From an uncultured virus (IMG/VR IMGVR_UViG_3300044608_000291) (lineage: Duplodnaviria; Heunggongvirae; Uroviricota; Caudoviricetes): a stretch of 20,000 nt of DNA. How positions within the stretch are numbered: the stretch's first letter is position 1; each line of letters opens with the position of its first letter. Shown one piece after another: positions 17,167 to 20,000 of this stretch. The position numbers and the translations under genes are program-made. The DNA is taken from IMG/VR virus record IMGVR_UViG_3300044608_000291, one strand, 5' to 3'. Under the pieces are notes generated by a model that saw only the letters and a list, made by a program, of their open reading frames with translations, ran no database searches and had not been told where the DNA came from.

Positions 17167-18024
17167 TTAATTCTGTCTAAAGAGTGTATCCAACAGGCTC
17201 AAGATGCCGCCTGTGCCGCCAAGAATCTCGGACAGAGCACTGGGCGCTTGATAGCCGTAGCTTTGCGCCGCAAGGGGAAGCCCCTGCAAGAGTGATTGCG
17301 TAAACTGCACTTGCTTGTACGGAAAGTCGCGCTGCTCTTTGAACTGTTCATAGTCCGCAGTGATACCTTGCTGTTCGATATCGCGCTGTTGCCCGCCAAA
17401 ATCAGCTTGCTTTTGTAGCGCCGCGAGACCGTACTGCTGCGCAGCTTGATTCGCAGCCATCTGACGTTGCTGCTCAGTATTGAACTGCCCTTGTGCCACG
17501 TCGTAAGCTGACTTATAGCCCTCGCCTAATGTACGTGCGATATTGGCCCCAAGTCCACGCTCAAGTTCACCCTCAAGAATCGCTTGCCGTCCGCCACCAT
17601 AAGCACCGGCTCTAGACATCCGCGAAGCATTCTCCATCCTACGGATATCCGCTTGACGATTCATCTCGTCAATCTGAGGCTGCAATGCCGCCGTCAGATA
17701 CGGGTTCATATATTTACTGGCTGTACCTTGATCAGTAAACGACCCCGGCGTAAACGACTTCATCTGATCGGTAGGAATGATCAGATTACCTAGCCCACTA
17801 AAAGCTTGATTTTGAAGATTCGACGTGCCCGCAGTCAGCGGACCGGTGTATGTCTGATATGGCATGTCCGCGAGCGCTTGCCCGCGACCCAACATCTGCG
17901 TGACATACGGCCCCGCCCAAGTCGAGAGATTAGACTCAGTGCTGGTCTGCCTACCGGCTAAAGCATCCGGGGGGATATTCACCCCACCAACAGTAGCTGT
18001 GTTCGTGTTTGCAACGGATGTCAT
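17167..18024 (-). CDS. Putative DNA-transfer/ejection protein (285 aa)
   Basis: YMNPY, AGAYGGGRQA and Gln-rich helices with a C-terminal hydrophobic Gly segment (ILGGTGGILSLL), typical of podovirus ejection proteins; GAGG SD. Confidence 0.7.
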   Translation of the reverse strand: MTSVANTNTATVGGVNIPPDALAGRQTSTESNLSTWAGPYVTQMLGRGQALADMPYQTYTGPLTAGTSNLQNQAFSGLGNLIIPTDQMKSFTPGSFTDQGTASKYMNPYLTAALQPQIDEMNRQADIRRMENASRMSRAGAYGGGRQAILEGELERGLGANIARTLGEGYKSAYDVAQGQFNTEQQRQMAANQAAQQYGLAALQKQADFGGQQRDIEQQGITADYEQFKEQRDFPYKQVQFTQSLLQGLPLAAQSYGYQAPSALSEILGGTGGILSLLDTLFRQN

Positions 18025-18025
18025 A

Positions 18026-19153
18026 TTAGCCTCGTGCCGGGAGGAATTTATTAGGGTTAATTTGCCGACCCTGTTTGGTTGTACCAGTCCGCGCTTTACG
18101 AATGCGGTCCATCATGCCGTACAACTGCTGTGCTCCGGCTTCTGAATTGCCGTTGCCAAGATGGCTAACAACATCAGCAGGGATTACAAACTCACCGTGG
18201 CTTAAACGAGCTTCTTGTTTGCCGTCGATATTAGCAGGGATCTTGTCCGCCATACCATCTGTGCCACCTGCGAGATAACGGCCACGTGCCATATATGCGA
18301 GACCGCCCTGAGCAAGTCCACCGCCGGGGTTTTGTTCAACAGCAGCCGCAGCCGCAGGTGGGGTAGCAGGAGCAGGTCTAGGAGCGTACGTAATATCAGA
18401 GAAATAACTACGCCCCGCTGAACCCGGCCTGCGATTTGGATCGTTCGGCATTGCTAACTGTTGACGCACAGCAGTGTATTGGGGGATACCGCCTTGATAA
18501 CCAGTTGGACGAGGGGAAGCGCCGCTCCCACCCCCAAGTTGTCGCGTTAAAGCGGCGATACCAAGACCAACAAGAGGATTAACTCTCCCGTCAGTCATTA
18601 AGCCTGCGTCGGTCAAAATTCTTGAAAGGCCGGTCGGCGGCGGTCTTCCCCCAGCTCCACCACCAGCTCCACGTCCAGCCCCACCACCAGCCCCACCACC
18701 AGCCCCACCACCAGCCCCACCACCGGACCCGCCAGCTCCACCACCCGAGCCCCCCGGCATACCACCGGGCGCAGCAGTTGGATCACCGAGACTGGAATCC
18801 TCCGGCGTACCACCGGGCGCAGCAGTTGGATCACCGAGACTGGAATCCTCCGGCGTACCACCGGATGCAGCAGTTGGGTCGCCAAGACCGGCATCACTTT
18901 CCCCGCCCGGAGTATTCGCCTCAGTCCAAGCATCAAGACGCGCAAAATATTCTGCGTCGGACAGGTCATCAGGCAGAGTCATCGCATAAGCGTACAACCC
19001 ACTTGCTTGTTCAGGGGATAGCTCTGAAAAAGTTTCGACAAGATCGGTATAGGCAGGATCTAAATCAACTAACGAAGACGTAAAATCAGGCTCGCTAGAT
19101 CCGATACCAAACGCATCGCTATAACTATCCCAACTCCAATCATCCTCGTCCAT
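18026..19153 (-). CDS. Putative internal virion protein with C-terminal DGMADKIPA...LSHGEFVIPADVV module
   Basis: Acidic N-terminus, 16-aa repeats, Gly-Ala tract, conserved C-terminal motif; GAGGA SD. Confidence 0.75.
   Translation of the reverse strand: MDEDDWSWDSYSDAFGIGSSEPDFTSSLVDLDPAYTDLVETFSELSPEQASGLYAYAMTLPDDLSDAEYFARLDAWTEANTPGGESDAGLGDPTAASGGTPEDSSLGDPTAAPGGTPEDSSLGDPTAAPGGMPGGSGGGAGGSGGGAGGGAGGGAGGGAGRGAGGGAGGRPPPTGLSRILTDAGLMTDGRVNPLVGLGIAALTRQLGGGSGASPRPTGYQGGIPQYTAVRQQLAMPNDPNRRPGSAGRSYFSDITYAPRPAPATPPAAAAAVEQNPGGGLAQGGLAYMARGRYLAGGTDGMADKIPANIDGKQEARLSHGEFVIPADVVSHLGNGNSEAGAQQLYGMMDRIRKARTGTTKQGRQINPNKFLPARG
18651..18745. repeat. 12-bp imperfect tandem repeat (encodes GGGA)
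   Basis: CCAGCCCCACCA unit repeated with variants. Confidence 0.85.
18760..18888. repeat. 48-bp in-frame tandem repeat (2 perfect + 1 partial diverged copy; LGDPTAAPGGTPEDSS)
   Basis: Units at 18760-18807 and 18808-18855 are identical; third copy from 18856 is diverged, mostly synonymously. Confidence 0.95.
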
Positions 19154-20000
19154 AGCTTCCTCGCATCGTTTCTAAGATTGCGTCAAAATCATCGGACGCA
19201 TACGGTGTATAGAGTTCATCAAACGGCGTCGGCTCAATTTGGACAGGCTGCGGCTGTTGTGGCTGTTGCTGTTGTTGCTGCTGTGGACTACGCCCGCCGA
19301 GTAGGGCTAGTAATGGCAAGATATTACTAAAATTAGTGCCACGAGTCGATGATGCAATCCCCGTCCCAGTATCAACCCCTACGCCCGCTCCAGCTCCAGC
19401 GCCAGCTCCAGCCCCAGCGCCAGCTCCAGCCCCAGCTCCAGCTCCAGCCCCAGTTCCAGCTCCAGCATCCATCCCCGTCCCCGTCCCGGTTCCGGGACTG
19501 ACTGGTCTAGTGCGCGGGCGAAGAGCCGGGGGTCTTGCACCACGCGGCGGGGGCGATGGTTTCTCGCCACGCAACAATGCTGCAAAGAATTTCCCCCAGT
19601 CAAATTTACTTGGGTCGGTTTCTTCGTCGGTTAGATCTTCGTCGGTTAGATCTTCGTCGGTTAAATCTTCGTCAAGCAAGTCCTCATCTAGCAGATCCTC
19701 ATCTAGCAGATCCTCATCTAGCAGATCCTCATCTAGCAGATCCTCGTCCAAGAGTTCATCATCAAACAATAACTCTTCTTCCTCGACCGGAATCTCTTCT
19801 TCCTCGACCGGAATCTCTTCTTCCTCGACCGGGATCTCTTCTTCCTCGACCGGGATCTCTTCTTCCTCGACCGGAATCTCTTCTTCCTCGACCGGAATCT
19901 CTTCTTCCTCGACCGGAATCTCTTCTTCCTCGACCGGAATCTCTTCTTCCTCGACCGGAATCTCTTCTTCCTCGACCGGAATCTCTTCTTCCTCGACCGG
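19140..20000 (-). CDS. Highly acidic, repeat-rich disordered protein (5' truncated by window), probably virion-associated
   Basis: Frame stays open from 20000 (PVEEEE-IPVEEEE...) to the stop at 19140; overlaps the next gene by 14 nt. The TTG at 19769 is internal. Confidence 0.8.
   Translation of the reverse strand, partial: PVEEEEIPVEEEEIPVEEEEIPVEEEEIPVEEEEIPVEEEEIPVEEEEIPVEEEEIPVEEEEIPVEEEEIPVEEEELLFDDELLDEDLLDEDLLDEDLLDEDLLDEDLLDEDLTDEDLTDEDLTDEETDPSKFDWGKFFAALLRGEKPSPPPRGARPPALRPRTRPVSPGTGTGTGMDAGAGTGAGAGAGAGAGAGAGAGAGAGAGVGVDTGTGIASSTRGTNFSNILPLLALLGGRSPQQQQQQQPQQPQPVQIEPTPFDELYTPYASDDFDAILETMRGSYGRG
19383..19465. repeat. 6-bp imperfect repeat (Gly-Ala tract)
   Basis: CCAGCT/CCAGCC/CCAGCG units; third-position variation keeps GA. 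Confidence 0.9.
19621..19760. repeat. 15-bp tandem repeats (LLDED x6, LTDED/E x3)
   Basis: TCCTCATCTAGCAGA and TCTTCGTCGGTTAGA unit arrays. Confidence 0.95.
19773..20000. repeat. 21-bp tandem repeat, >=10.8 copies (IPVEEEE), runs off the window
   Basis: Unit CTCTTCTTCCTCGACCGGAAT; copies 3 and 4 end GAT (synonymous Ile ATC vs ATT). Confidence 0.98.

Noticed and set aside
18760..18888. PTAAP/PTAVP as a eukaryotic P(T/S)AP late domain
   Set aside because: Spacing does not match and the context is a bacteriophage.
3590..19603. Antisense and alternate-frame ORFs (e.g. 3590-4165 -, 11339-11911 +, 14376-14861 +, 18622-19083 +, 19379-19603 -)
   Set aside because: Fully overlap well-supported genes and have no motifs; several stay open only because the repeats lack stop codons.
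19140..19769. 209-aa ORF starting at TTG 19769
   Set aside because: The frame remains open to the window edge; the true start lies outside the window.
19773..20000. 21-bp repeats as a CRISPR array or iterons
   Set aside because: Head-to-tail with no spacers, in frame within an ORF, and variation is synonymous.
1..20000. KOPS (GGGNAGGG) enrichment
   Set aside because: Only near-matches noticed by eye (e.g. GGGAAGGC at ~2188, GGGGAGGT at ~15121); the scan was not exhaustive, so no claim is made.

Overview
Part of a tailed dsDNA bacteriophage genome (podovirus-like organisation) with two convergent modules. Plus strand, 1-8573, replication: C-terminal part of a family A DNA polymerase (Leu762 type), Cas4/RecB-like PD-(D/E)XK nuclease, small HNH-like protein, SNF2-type helicase, a Cys-rich putative ssDNA-binding protein, Cro-like HTH protein, a fused AEP primase/DUF927-type helicase and small conserved phage proteins. 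Minus strand, 8570->20000: five tightly packed, low-complexity, repeat-rich genes that look like internal virion/DNA-ejection proteins. The last of these is a 2232-aa polyvalent protein with a zincin HExxH domain and a C-terminal LPD38-like region. Most notable: this giant protein carries an apparently intact FtsK gamma (KOPS-binding/XerD-activating) winged-helix domain between Pro/Ala/Thr linkers, followed by beta-clamp-binding-like peptides. Two different virion genes share a 10-aa motif (LGDPTAxPGG) with synonymously different codons, and in-frame tandem repeats are concentrated in the late module. All product calls come from motif recognition by eye; no database searches were run.
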